Assembly: GCA_951406725.2 (NCBI GenBank)
Contig: OX597827.1
Location: 64,356,001-64,420,000 of the forward strand
Source of the DNA: Octopus vulgaris
Lineage: Eukaryota
Length of the DNA stretch: 64,000 nt
Reading direction: 5' to 3'
Shown here: one piece after another, positions 1 to 12,885 of the stretch
How the letters are laid out: the number at the start of each line of letters is the position of its first letter
Numbering within the stretch: position 1 is the first letter of the stretch
Notes under the pieces: generated by a model
Databases searched by the model: none
Seen by the model: the letters and a program-made list of their open reading frames with translations, nothing else
What the model was told of the DNA's origin: nothing
Position numbers and translations under genes: made by a program

Positions 1-194
1 CGTCTGTCTGGTAAGTCATAGATTACGAATCTGCAAATAAATTTTTTTTTTAAAGACGATTTTTGTCACGGTTTTCTAACGAAAAGCTTTTTTTTTAAAA
101 TTTTTTTTTTTACTAATTTGTTTTAAACATCTGAAATTATTATTCGTTAAAATTATGTTTTGCAGATCCTTAAGCTACAATGTTGAGAGGTACT

Positions 195-462
195 ACTAGC
201 GAACAGTGGTCCCGGTGCGCGCACACGCTAGCTAGTCGTAAGTAGTCGATCCTACAACGACTTTTAACCCTAACCTTAGTTTGTTTATAAAAATAATTCA
301 TTTACTTAGTTTAAAAAATTATTTACTTTGTTCGAAAAATATTTAATTTTCTTTTGATATGTATTCAGCCTTGAAATACGAACATACGCGCAAGTCGTCT
401 TACGATCGACTACTTTACGACTAGCTAGCGCGGATGCGCGCACCGGACCACTGTTCGCCAGT
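195..462. mobile_element. MITE-like element with ~70-bp terminal inverted repeats
   Basis: 195-263 (ACTAGCGAACAGTGGTCCCGGTGCGCGCA...ACGACTT) is the near reverse complement of 392-462 (AAGTCGT...TGCGCGCACCGGACCACTGTTCGCCAGT). AT-rich interior. No clear target-site duplication. Confidence 0.75.
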
Positions 463-648
463 GAGCAATTAATTAAGAGCTTGGGTTACTCAAGTGTCTG
501 CAGCTGTTTATCATATCACTGATAGGACAGAATGCGTAGGCGCATAACATACGTTGTTCGTTCGAGTTTAGACTTGTTGCCTCCCGCCACCTTTGTTAAA
601 GACCTTGACGGAATTCTAGTTGAGGTGCGTGCCTAAACAAGGATTTCG

Positions 649-1198
649 GGATCTTTTCCTTTTGAAAGGCACATGTCAACACAATTTTCTAGTTAACTAA
701 ACACTTTAAAACTTCGTATACTGGTAGAATGTGTCAAATTTGTAATTCGCTTGTTTAACGTAGTTTAATTTTTCGAATTTTAATCAACCATTTTGTCTAA
801 TTGAGCTAAAATCATTTGCTGCGCCTAAAACTGAGACAACATCCTGTCACTAACCCAAACCCTAAATTTTAGCCTTTCGTTTTTTTTTTCTTAATTGTTA
901 AATTAATTTAAGGATAACAATTTAGAAAAAAAAAAAAAACGAAAGGCTAAAATTTAGGGTTTTGGTTAGTAACAGGATGTTGTCTCAGTTTTAGGCGCAG
1001 CAAATGGTTTTAGCTCAATTAGAGGCGATTCATTGGTTAAAATTCAAACTACGTTAAACTAACAAATTACAATTTTCTCAAGAAAGCCAAGAGAAAAAAG
1101 AATTTTACTTTGAACACATTCTACCAGTATACGAAGTTTTAAAGTGTTTAGTTAACTAGAAATTGTGTTGAAAACTGCCGTTCAAAAGGAAAAGATCC
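649..1198. mobile_element. Foldback/MITE DNA transposon, almost fully palindromic, with probable 8-bp TSD
   Basis: Ends GGATCTTTTCCTTTTGAAAGGCA and TGCCGTTCAAAAGGAAAAGATCC. Inner arms also pair (680-740 with 1110-1170; 798-890 with 926-1021) around a ~35-bp loop. Flanks GGATTTCG (641-648) and GGATTGCG (1199-1206) match 7/8. Confidence 0.85.
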
Positions 1199-2280
1199 GG
1201 ATTGCGCCAAGAAATAACGGGTTAATTGGAGGGAGACCCCTCAGCTTCGGTCACCCTGTCCGACTTACATCGGCCTTTTTTCGAACATATTTAAAAGCAT
1301 AAAAATTAATAATAATAAAACATTATCAAAGTTTGGCGATCTAAAAAAAAAAAAAAAAAAAGATTTTTACGGAAACCGACGGAAAGGTCTACTAGAGACG
1401 AAAGATAGCCCTGCCCAAAGTTTATACTGAAGTGGAAATAAAATGTGAAAATATGTGCAAATCAGTTATTAAAACAGATGTTACGTCGGGTTTTCGAAGA
1501 AAGTCGCATTAACTGCAACAAATTACCGACGTAAGTTGAGGTAAAAAGACGATACTGTATGTAAATGAGGAAAAAAAAGAAAAACAGGATTAAGCGAAGT
1601 CTAAGAATGCAAATAAAATATCGAAACCTGTTATGACGTGTCACTGTCCCGACGAACGAAATTAAAAAGCGGACGGAATTCTGGCTTTTATACACAATAA
1701 TCTAAATTTTTTTTTTTGATTTGTGTTCACACGAGAATTCATTATTATCAAAAAAAAAAAAAAAGAAAAAGAAAAACTGGGTGCGTGTTATTTAGCAGTT
1801 ATTTTTAGCACCTCTCACGACCACTTCTTTGTGACTCAGACACGTATCGATGTTTTTAAATATTTTTCTGCCTGCAAACACAATGGAGTGATTTATGCGC
1901 CCAGTGGCGGCGGCCCATTGTTGGGATTCAAGCAAAAAATTTTGACTGTCCGTTAATTTAAAACTCTGATTTGGAAAAAAAAAAAAAAAAAAAAATTGAA
2001 AATGAGTCGAAATTTTAGGATCTACTTTTTTTTTCTTCGTGAGCGTATGAATTCCAGTGTTTCGCAAACATCAAAAAAGTCCATAAAATATAAAAAGTTA
2101 TAACGGGTTTTCACAAGGTACTTTAAACCAGAATTCCGCCAATGGTAGTTCACTTTAGTTGGTGGTTAGATTTATACAGTGTGTTATCAACTTTAAGCGG
2201 GACTTCGGACCCGAACTTAATACATAGTGAAACATGCTTAAAATATATAGGTCATTTATTATTGAAAACGTAGTAAAAAT

Positions 2281-2583
2281 CTTTTGTACCACATCGCTAG
2301 AATTTTTTAAAATATTACACATGGTGGAAAATAATTTCGACCATGTCTAAAAATAATAATAAAGTCATATAAATTTTTTAATTTCTATTAAAAAACTTCA
2401 TTTCTGTATTAAGTATATTCCGGTCCCAATGTCAGACAAGTCGGGACATGAATTACACATAATACAGAAATGAAGTTTTTTTTTTTATAGAAATTTTTAT
2501 GACTTTCTCATAAGATATCGTAGGAAAGCAAATTTTCCACCATGTGTAATATTAAAAAAAAAATTTATGGTGGGGTACAAAAG
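2281..2583. mobile_element. Degenerate hairpin (MITE-like) element
   Basis: CTTTTGTACC...AATATTACACATGGTGGAAAAT pairs with ATTTTCCACCATGTGTAATATT...GGTACAAAAG, and AAAAAACTTCATTTCTGTATTA pairs with TAATACAGAAATGAAGTTTTTT, around a ~50-bp centre. True ends uncertain. Confidence 0.6.
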
Positions 2584-5324
2584 GAAATCTTTCCCCTTTT
2601 ATTTTAATATTTCGATAACGAAACATATTTTAAAAGGCGAAAATATCTTTTCATAAAACAAACCATTTAGAAGCATCTTAAACGTTCGGCTGAATTTTGA
2701 GAAGCAAATACCCTTGCTTGTTGCTTTTTTTTTGTTTTAATAATACTTTATTACAATTAATCACTGAAAGTGTTTCCAATTCATCGTTTTTGTAAAAAAA
2801 AAAAAAAAAATTACGTTAGGAATATTTTAGTGTAAAAAAGCAAGGCATAAATTAGATAAGAGTGCTCCCATATTATATGCATTTTTTTTTCTTTCTACTT
2901 GGAATTTCAATATAATAGTAATCTAAACCATCTCAAACGGGTTTGTAAAATATTCATTGCAAAAATAACCCTTTTTCTGAAAATTATAAGAAAACAAATT
3001 CCTGAGGCGGGAGTGGCGCGCACTAGAGTAGCTATGTGAAGGGCCGTTAAGGAGATTGTACATAAAAAGGCCTGACACAGCATAATGGGTGATACGGTCT
3101 TCTAAGAACACGAGGGGGCACCCATAAGTATTCCTCGCTTTTACAGTTCTAAATTGCAGCAGATTTAAATTGTTTTACAAAAACTAAAATTTCAAGTATA
3201 CTACTCCACTTATAAAATCGCTTAACCCGTAACTAAAAATACATCGGGGGAAATCTGTATTTTCTGCTGGACTACTTACGAACACAACGACGACACTCCT
3301 TATCTAAGATTCTGTATGAATAATCCTAATTAAAAATTGTAGCCATGCAAACATATTTAGTGGCATACGAAGTTTTTCAAGGGACACGCAGAACAAAAGT
3401 GAGGGATACCCTAGGGAATTCTCGCTTTAACGGCCCCTAACTGGTTTTTAAAAAAATTCGAAATAGTCCGTTCCACACATAAATCTTTTAAGAAATTGTG
3501 CCAATTAATGAGAGGACTACTTTTGTGTTAAACTCAAGGCCATTACCAGTAAACATCCGCATATAGATGTAATAATGATAAAGGCGATGCAGCAAGTAAT
3601 TAAAAAAAAAAACCGCATCGTAACGGAAAATTTTACAAAACTGCATATATTACATTTTTATAGATTGGTAACCGTCTGAATATTGTTTGAAATTAGTCAA
3701 GGCAGGGCTCTGCGCACCATTTATTCATATGTAAAAACTATCGAGAATTCAATGGTGTTTTAGCATACCATTCAACACAATATTTTTTTTTTACTCTTTT
3801 CTATACACGCACTATGCCTAAAATTTTAGGGAAGAAAGCTAGTAGTTCGATTATATCGATTCTAGCACAAAACTGGTACTTATTTTATCAGCGCTGAAAG
3901 TCTGAAATTTAAAGTAGACCTCGGAGGATTTCAATTAAGGACGTAGGCGTCAGTAGTAAATGACTACACAACACAATATCCAATTCGTGAGAAACGTATT
4001 AAATTAAAAACTGCCCATTTTGCATTTTGATGTCCAGCCACGAATTAAATTATAATTTAGGATCACAAAAAGCGCAGTGAAACGACTAAAATGTAAAAGC
4101 GATAATAATTATACGTATATAGCAAAAAATATAAATGAAATAATAATAATAATAAAAATCTATATTACTAACTGTTTAAAGCGTCATTCAGCAAGGATGA
4201 AATTGAGGACTTCCTCCATGAAGCTTCCTCGAGTGAATGAAGGTTATTAATAACCACGAGGGAAAGTTGGTGAGAGGAGAAAATAGGTAGATTAAAAAAG
4301 AAACGAAACGAAGATGGTTCAGATACACTAAAATAGAACGGAACGAATAAAATTTTTAACTAGTGTAGTAGTAAGCAAGGTGATATTTAAAAAAAATAAA
4401 GTTTTGACCAATAAAAGTGACAATAGATTGCTCTAAAAACAATATTGATATTACAAAAATAAAGACAACTGCAATCTACATAAATATAGATAATCATTGT
4501 AGTAAAGAAATAAATTTAATATTATTCACGACATATGATGACGGAAATATAAAAATATAATACAGTGAAAGTGAAAAATATAAGATGAAACGAAATCGTA
4601 AAATGGTGGGTGTTTTCCATTTTTTAAAGTTTAAGGATAATTCATCAACCGTACAACAGGAAAGGGAAAAAGAGACAGAAAGAGAACTGAAATGTAGTAT
4701 ATTTGTGTGTTGAGTTTTTATAGTAATTATTTGGCAAAAAGTGGCAGAACTTACGATGCTACAATTTTCTAGTTACTTATTGCAAAGGAGGCAGTGTTTA
4801 CATGCGGGAGAGATAGTATTGCGCAATCACATGTAATAGGTTAGCTTCGGAAACATTTCGTTTTTCAGTAAAACAATTTTGCTTTTTACACTTTTGTCTC
4901 AGTTTACCAACAACGTTTTTGCAGCAAAATCTACCGCACTGAAAATGATAGATGTGTTATAAGTTACACCTCATCCGATCTTCTTACAAATTGAAAAGTA
5001 GAATTAAAAATAAACAAACAGGTAAATGTGGAGAATTACAGCATATTTACGAAGAAATCGGGAATATTTAAAAACAGCACCAAGGTTTACTTGAAATACT
5101 GAAACGAAGACTAAATATTTCTTACTACAATATCTATCTTGCCTTTTGCGACCTACCGTATGCTTCTTTCATTTTGTAGAATAATGATTTTAATGATTTT
5201 AAACATATTTCATACTACCAACATTTGGTCGATATCATACTATAGTAGCAGCGATGGTACTGCAAGTGGTTGCCAAAAAAGAAAAACTAGAATGAAACGA
5301 AACGTTGTTTATTATAATCTTTGT

Positions 5325-5400
5325 TTAAGTCATTGGGCTGTGGCCATGCTGGGGCTCCATCTCGAAGCATTTAATCGACCAAATCAACCCTAGTACTCAT
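5325..5400 (-). mobile_element. Degenerate SINE 3' tail fragment
   Basis: AGTCATTGGGCTGTGGCCATGCTGGGGC resembles the tail AGTCATTTGACTGCGGCCATGCTGGAGC of the SINE copies at 6801 and 9688. Confidence 0.6.
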
Positions 5401-6012
5401 TTCTTTATTTCTTACTGTTCACAAGGGGCTAAATATAGAGGGGACAGACAAAGAAATTAAGTCGATTACATCGACTCCAGTGCCTAACTGGTACTTAATT
5501 TATCGACCCCGAAAGGATGAAAGGCAAAATCGACCTCGGCGGAATTTGAACTCAGAACGTAACGGCAGACGAAATACCTATTTCTTTACTACCCACAAGC
5601 GGCTAAACACAGAGGGGACAAAAAAGGACAGACAAAAGGATTAAGTCGATTATATCGACCCCAGTGCACAACTGGTACTTAATTTATCGACCCCGAAAGG
5701 ATGAAAGGCAAAGTCGGCCTCGGTGGAATTTGAACTCAGAACGTAACGGCAGACGAAATAATGCTAAGCATTTCGCTCGGGGTGCTAACGTTTCTTATTT
5801 CTTTATTGCCTACAAGGGGCTAAACACAGAGGGGGCAAACAAGGACTGACAAAAGGATTAAGTCGATTATATTGACCCCAGTGCACAACTGGTACTTAAT
5901 TTATCGACCCCGAAAGGATGAAAGGCAAAGTCGGCCTCGGTGGAATTTGAACTCAGAACGTAACGGCAGACGAAATAATGCTAAACATTTCGCCCTAAGT
6001 GCTAACGTTTCT
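5401..6012 (-). mobile_element. Three head-to-tail copies of a tRNA-derived SINE (second family)
   Basis: Copies at ~5401-5578, 5579-5795 and 5796-6012 share ACAAGGGGCTAAA...GGTACTTAATTTATCGACCCCGAAAGGATGAAAGGCAAAGTCG...GGAATTTGAACTC. The minus strand carries the Pol III B-box-like GAGTTCAAATTCC. Resemblance to octopus SINEs is from memory. Confidence 0.85.
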
Positions 6013-6800
6013 ACAAATCTCTCTATATCACGGGCTAAATCCTGATTTTTCTCACTTTTCTCAATTTCTTTGATACCCAAACAATTATCATATATTATTG
6101 CAAACTATGATCTTATACTGTGTGTTTTTTTTTAAAATCCAGTCATATCTGGTCTTTTTATTTCAATAGTCTGGTCAGTCATTCTGGAAAAATCCCATAT
6201 CTTTCAATTATTACTCACCACTTTTCTGTCACTTTGAATTCACTCACCCAGCTAACGTCCCTATGCACTCACTTACTGACACATTCATACCTATACTTAT
6301 ACTCTTGTCGTGTTAGCTCAGTCATCCATTTAAAAGACAGTTAATACTTTCCCCTCCTTCTCCACAAATTCTGCTTTTCCTCTCTGACTGAGTTTTATCA
6401 ATCTTCTAACATTCTAATTACTAGTTGCTGATCGGCTATAATTAATGTTTTTCTTTCTCACTTCAGATTTCTATCTGTCAGCCACAACCAGCGTTTCCGA
6501 CATCCAACAACCTCAGTTTGTTGCATGAATTAACCATGTAATTCCTTCTCTTTTTAGTGATTTGTCTTGCCATATTTCTTTCTTTTCTTGAAATCACGTA
6601 CAGTTTCAATAACTTTTTGGATATTCCTTGCCACAGACTGTATCATTTTACTACACAGAAGATCATTTTTCAAGCTCAATAGTGTAGTACTAATGGCGTC
6701 TTCTTGCCGAGTCGAGACTATCAATGTTACATGTAGGATATTAAATTTGATTTCGTCCTGGTTATTATTTCTTTCCTGGTGATTAACGTTGAAAAATAAG

Positions 6801-7218
6801 TTTACTCTTTTTTTTTTACTCTTTCACTTGTTTCAGTCATTAGACCGTGGCCATGCTGGAGCACCGCCTTTTAGTCGAGCAAATCGACCCCAGGACTTAT
6901 TCTTTGTAAGCCTAGTACTTATTCTATCGGTCTGTTTTGCCGAACCGTTAAGTTACGGGGACGTAAACACACCAGCATCGATTGTCAAGCTATGTTGGGG
7001 GACAAACCCAGACACAAACATATACACACACATACATTTATATATATACATATATACGATGGACTTCTTTCAGATTCCGTCTATCAAATCCACTCAAAAG
7101 GCTTCGGTTGGCCCGAGCTTATAGTAGAAGTCACCTGCCCAAGGTGTCACGCAGTGGGACTGAACCCGGAACCATGTGGTTCGTAAGCAAGCTACTTACC
7201 ACACGGCCACTCCTACGC
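6801..7218 (-). mobile_element. Full-length tRNA-derived CORE-type SINE
   Basis: Minus strand reads: A-box-like TGGCCGTGTGG, B-box-like GGTTCAGTCCC, CORE-like ACCTTGGGCAGGTG, internal (TA)/(TG) microsatellite, then tail GGCGGTGCTCCAGCATGGCC...TGAAACAAG and a GAGTAAA-like simple tail. Homologous copies occur elsewhere in the window. Confidence 0.9.
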
Positions 7219-7469
7219 TAACAATTCAACATCCTTTATGCTCAACATGCTCGCAGGTGTTTATCAAACTCCATGACAACCACGTAGACTGGTCCTAGCC
7301 CAGAGATCAATATTGATCACTTTGCCTACCTGGTTGAAAAGAAGAAAAAAAAACATGAAACAAAGTACAAAAAACGAAACAAGACAAAGAAAAAAAAAGA
7401 AAGAAAAAAGCACGGTGATGTGAAAGTGTAAATCAATACTGTGTAAATCAATGGAGAATTGTTTGAGCA

Positions 7470-7915
7470 TATGTGTGTATGTGTGTGTGCGTGTATATAC
7501 ACATATGTATATACATATGCGCACACACACACACATATATATGTATAAATACTCACACATACACACATGTATGTATGTATGTTTGTATGTATGTATGTAT
7601 GCATGTATGTATATACATACATAGATATGTTTGTGTGTGTGTGTGTGCGTGTGTGTCTGTGTATGTATGTATGTATATATGTATGTATGTACGTATGTAT
7701 ATACATACATACATCCATCCATCCATACATACATCCATACATACATAAATCCATACATACATACATACATGCATACATCCATCCATCCATCCATCCATAC
7801 ATACATACATACATACATGCATGCATGCATACATACATACATACATACATGCATACATGCATACATACATACATACATACATACATACATACATACATAC
7901 ATACATACATGCATA
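7470..7915. repeat. Compound microsatellite (TG)n/(TATG)n then (CATA)n/(CATC)n
   Basis: Read directly; orientation flips near 7700. Confidence 0.95.
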
Positions 7916-8010
7916 CGTCCCCGTAACTTAGCGGTTCGGCGAAAGAGACCGATAGAATAAGTACTAGGTCGATTCGTTCGACTAAAGGCGGTGCTGAAGC
8001 AAGTAAGAGA
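7916..8010 (+). mobile_element. Internally deleted 3' fragment of the CORE-type SINE
   Basis: CGTCCCCGTAACTTAGCGGTTCGGCGAAAGAGACCGATAGAATAAGTACTAGG...CGACTAAAGGCGGTGCT is the reverse complement of parts of 6860-6963. Confidence 0.85.
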
Positions 8011-8288
8011 ATAAAAGAATAACCACACACACACACATGTATATAGCAATCAAAAATATACGCAGCAATCAAATTTCCTTCTAATTCCATACTACTGCTT
8101 TAGATGAGGAATGGTATAATGATAATCTTCTCCTAGATATACAGTAGCAATAGATGGTTCTTCAAGACGTAGCAACAATCCAACCATCCATAATTAGAGC
8201 GTCGAGAGCATTCTAGGATACTTCCACTATAGGGGTCTATCTATATTTTCCTGCTGGACTCCCAAGCGAGATAGACTGACAATATTTA

Positions 8289-8736
8289 CCGTAAATCCTC
8301 GAGTATAGTCCGCCCTTGAGTATAATACGCAAGGGATTTTTAAGAGGCTGTACCTCTGAAAAACCTAAACCTTGTGTATAATACGCACCCCTTCTCTAAC
8401 TTGAGTCAAGGAGGTCTATATAACGTCCTTGGTTTATAAAAATGTATACGGTAACATCCTTTATTATTATTGTATATATAACATAATGCAAACGTGTAGC
8501 TTTTTTGTGCATTTTGTTTGCGGAAAATAAAGAAATAACAGTAATAACTTTTAATAAATGTTGCTAACTGCCCGACATCAGAAAATGCGTCTGAATAAAC
8601 ATTGCTGGACAGCGAATAGAGACTCGGACATTGCTTAGGAAATAATTTTCATTTTTAACCTCTTATATAGTACGCACTAGGGATTTTGACCTTTAAATTT
8701 TGGGAAAAAATGCGGATTATACTCGAGGATTTACGG
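8289..8736 (+). mobile_element. Non-autonomous Tc1/mariner-pogo-type MITE, copy 1
   Basis: Perfect TIRs CCGTAAATCCTCGAGTATA and TATACTCGAGGATTTACGG, flanked by TA on both sides (8287-8288, 8737-8738). Second copy at 12886. Strand is arbitrary. Confidence 0.9.
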
Positions 8737-8751
8737 TATGTTATATTTATA

Positions 8752-9557
8752 CTAGCTGACGCCGTGCCCTCAAAAATGACGGTTAATTGTAGTATTTTAT
8801 ACATAAATAAGGTACAAAACCAAGTTTAATAATTCTATTATTACGAAATTTTTTGGTGAAAAATCTCTCCTTTGGCCGCTTGTTTTCCTTTCTTCCTGTA
8901 CGACTTGAAGCCACATAAAGCTGGCCGGGACTAAATGCGGGATAGAATATGGATGGCAAATCGAATTAATACGCTTGTCAATGTTATCTAGTGGTTGGTT
9001 TTTGAGATGTGATATCGATCATCGTTTGTTACTGAAAAAATGCTGGTTCACACATACAAACATTCACATACTTCTCTTGTACACACACACACGCATACAC
9101 ACACACACGCACACACACACACACACATACGCAAACACACACGTACACACAAACACACATATACTTACACAGAGCTGAAACGCTGTTTGATTTTTCCTTT
9201 CAGCGTTGAATGTTCACCATCCCACCTCCATTGCACGCGCAAACACAGACACACACACACACACATTCACAAACACATACATATACGCAAACACACACAC
9301 ACACATATACTCAAACAAAGCTGAAACGCTGTTTGAATTTTCTTTTCACCGTTGAATGTTCACCATCCCACTTCCATTGCGCGCGCACGCACACACGCAC
9401 GCATTCACATACCTCCCTTTTACACACATACACAGTTGAAACGCCCCCACTACCGTTTCGCCATCATCCCTTCCTTCCTTATTCATCTATCACCCCTTCC
9501 TTTCTCATTCATGTGTTGTGACGGAGAAACACTCAAGAGTATTATTATAGTAGAAGA
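8752..9557 (-). mobile_element. Non-autonomous Helitron-like element
   Basis: Minus strand begins A|TCTTCTACTATAATAAT and ends ...GGCGTCAGCTAG|T (5' TC, 3' CTAG, inserted between A and T). Imperfect subterminal hairpin CCCTCA-AAAA-TGACGG near 8768-8783. Interior has (CA)n tracts and a tandem duplication (AGCTGAAACGCTGTTTGA at ~9172 and ~9319). Confidence 0.75.
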
Positions 9558-9687
9558 TTATCCGACTATTTCGTTCTTAGTATACCATTAAATCTCTTAT
9601 CGGTTAACTCGCTTTGAAGAATCATTCTTGCGGTTCGTTCCCGTGTCCATAAAAAAGTAGCGAGTCGACCTGTGGAAACTAGGCACC

Positions 9688-10069
9688 CTCTTTCACTTGT
9701 TTCAGTCATTTGACTGCGGCCATGCTGGAGCACCGCCTTTAATCGAGCAACTCGATCCTGGGACTTATTCTTTTGTAAGCCCAGTACTTATTCTATCGGT
9801 CTCTTTGCCGAACCGCTAAGTAACGGGGACATAAATACACCAGCATCGGTTGTCAAGCAATGCTAGGGGGACAAACACAGACACACGCATTTATATATAT
9901 ATATACATATATATGACAGGCTTCTTTCAGTTTCCGTCTACCAAATCCACTCACAAGGCTTTGGTCGGCCCGAGGCTATAGTAGAAAACACTTGCCCAAG
10001 GTGCCACGCAGTGGGACTGAACCCGCAACCATGTGGTTGGTAAACAAGCTACTTACCACACAGCCACTC
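9688..10069 (-). mobile_element. CORE-type SINE, near full length
   Basis: Collinear and highly similar to 6801-7218. Confidence 0.9.
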
Positions 10070-10860
10070 GTTGAATAAAGCTACACCAGATATCCTCGAA
10101 GGGACCCCATTTATGTAGCTTCTTGTTATCGTATTCCTTTGGTTATTATTCAACATTCTTGATAATAAGCAAGTATAAGCACGAAAAACTACACTGAAAT
10201 TAGAATATTTTCACGTTTTACCAGTAGTAGCTCAGCTATTGGGAATATTTACCTCCCTTGAATAAGAACAAGAGTTATCTCCCTTGAACATATTAATTCT
10301 TTTTTTGTGTATCCTTGACTAAAATGATTGGAAAAAAATTATCATTATCAATCACGTAATATTAATATTGTCGTGATTTTTGTTTGTTAGTGATTTTCTG
10401 TTTTTTTTTTCCTGGAGCTCAGCGTCTCCTGTTACCGAATGGTGCTTTATAAACACATTCTCCCCATGTTTTTAATAAAACCTACGAAAACGAAAAGCAC
10501 AGAAACAAAAAAAAAAAATCAAAACAGCAGATTATTTTAATTAAACAGATTTCTACTAATTAACACCGGTTTTTTTTTTCCACAACCAACACAGCAGGTT
10601 CGTGAGATGGCTGTGATCTGTGAACAGTTTTGAGTTGGAACCGGTAAAAGAAGAATGAGTACGCAATGTGCATGTGCACGATGGATTCGTAAAACGGAAG
10701 AGAAGGATAAAAATGCAATGCGCATGTCAAAATAAAACGGAAGAGAAGAATAGAAACGTAATGCGCATGTCAAACAAGTTATATGCCACGTCAGACACCA
10801 CTATCACGCAGCTTCCTGCAATTTTCTTGTTGTCCATATATTCTTATATTAAATCTGGAA

Positions 10861-12180
10861 ATGTATGTATGTATGTATGTATGTATGTATGTATGTATGT
10901 ATGTATGTATGTATGTATGTATGTATGTATGTATGTATGTATGTATGTATGTATGTATGTATGTATGTATGTATGTATGTATGTATGTATGTATGTATGT
11001 ATGTATGTATGTATGTATGTATGTATGTATGTATGTATGTATGTATGTATGTATGTATGTATGTATGTCCATGTATGTATGTATGTATGTATGTATGTAT
11101 GTATGTATGTATGTATGTATGTATGTATGTATGTATGTATGTATGTATGTATGTATGTATGTATGTATGTATGTATGTATGTATGTATGTATGTATGTAT
11201 GTATGTATGTATGTATGTATGTATGTATGTATGTATGTATGTATGTATGTATGTATGTATGTATGTATGTATGTATGTATGTATGTATGTATGTATGTAT
11301 GTATGTATGTATGTATGTATGTATGTATGTATGTATGTATGTATGTATGTATGTATGTATGTATGTATGTATGTATGTATGTATGTATGTATGTATGTAT
11401 GTATGTATGTATGTATGTATGTATGTATGTATGTATGTATGTATGTATGTATGTATGTATGTATGTATGTATGTATGTATGTATGTATGTATGTATGTAT
11501 GTATGTATGTATGTATGTATGTATGTATGTATGTATGTATGTATGTATGTATGTATGTATGTATGTATGTATGTATGTATGTATGTATGTATGTATGTAT
11601 GTATGTATGTATGTATGTATGTATGTATGTATGTATGTATGTATGTATGTATGTATGTATGTATGTATGTATGTATGTATGTATGTATGTATGTATGTAT
11701 GTATGTATGTATGTATGTATGTATGTATGTATGTATGTATGTATGTATGTATGTATGTATGTATGTATGTATGTATGTATGTATGTATGTATGTATGTAT
11801 GTATGTATGTATGTATGTATGTATGTATGTATGTATGTATGTATGTATGTATGTACGTATGTATGTACGTATGTATGTACGTATGTATGTACGTATGTAT
11901 GTATGTATGTACGTATGTACGTATGTATGTACGTATGTATGTACGTATGTACGTATGTACGTATGTATGTACGTATGTATGTATGTATGTACGTATGTAC
12001 GTATGTTTGTACGTATGTATGTATGTATGTACGTATGTATGTACGTATGTACGTATGTATGTACGTATGTATGTATGTATGTACGTATGTACGTATGTAC
12101 GTACGTACGTACGTACGTATGTTTGTATGTATGTATGTATGTATGTATGTATGTATGTATGTATGTATGTATGTATGTAT
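10861..12180. repeat. ~1.3-kb (ATGT)n microsatellite
   Basis: Pure ATGT except one interruption at ~11069; ACGT variants cluster at ~11855-12120. Confidence 0.98.
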
Positions 12181-12374
12181 CAGATTGATAGGCCTTCAGT
12201 TTCATATTGTATGTCTCAACAAATAACACACATGCACATTGGAGGGGTGATGCATACCCTGCGCGCAGATAATTTTTTTTCGCAATTATAGCTTACCCAT
12301 GCTTTTCAATTGAATTGAATTAATTATTTGTTTTTAAAGTATCACCATTACAGTAATCCCTCGATTATCGCGTT

Positions 12375-12443
12375 TTTCTTTGCCGAACCGCTAAGGTTAC
12401 GGTGACGTAAACACACCAACACCGGTTATCAAGCGGTGATAGG

Positions 12444-12490
<47 letters not shown>

Positions 12491-12661
12491 ACATTCATAC
12501 GACAGCCTTCTTTCAGTTTCCGTCTCTAGCAAATCCACTCACAAGGCACTGGCCGGCTCGAGGCTCTAGTAGAAGGCATTTGTCCAAGGTACCATACAAT
12601 GGGATTGAAACCGGAACTATGTAGTTGGGAAATAAGCTTCTTACCACTCAGCTACGCCCCT
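12375..12661 (-). mobile_element. Diverged, 3'-truncated CORE-type SINE
   Basis: GCCGAACCGCTAAG...(CA)n...CTTCTTTCAGTTTCCGTCT...AAATCCACTCACAAGG...CTTACCAC matches the other copies. Confidence 0.85.
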
Positions 12662-12885
12662 ATCTTCAATTATATTATCTAAAATAGTCTTTCTAGTCTT
12701 ACGTTTTCAAATAGTTGACTGGCGTTTAAGGTGGTAAACTGAAAGAATTGATTGAATGTCCGACAAAATAACGTGCGGTTAAATTTTGTGATTCTCAAAA
12801 TAGGAATCATAAAAATAAAAATTGAAGGGATGCAACTCTTCGTACAGACGGGAAACAACCTTGTTTTTAATAATTAAAAATAATA

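Noticed and set aside
265-969. Telomere or interstitial telomeric array
   Set aside because: Only about two degenerate TAACCC units per site, located inside MITEs.
1219-3230. piggyBac-like ends GGGTTAA (~1219) and TTAACCC (~3222)
   Set aside because: They face outward rather than enclosing an element, and there is no extended TIR match.
7130-7218. tRNA-like A and B boxes
   Set aside because: They are SINE heads continuing into CORE-like and tail sequence, not standalone tRNA genes.
1462-7221. Short 60-110 aa ORFs in the left flank
   Set aside because: No recognisable domains; several run through homopolymers or SINEs. Small spliced exons cannot be excluded without transcript data.
10668-12291. 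450-506 aa ORFs of (MYVC)n or (HTYI)n
   Set aside because: They are translations of the (ATGT)n microsatellite, open in several frames on both strands, with no protein-like content.
12349-12372. TA|CAGTAATCCCTCGATTATCGCG, a Tigger-like terminal repeat
   Set aside because: No partner TIR is visible and it is cut off by the adjacent SINE, so it is too short to call as an element.
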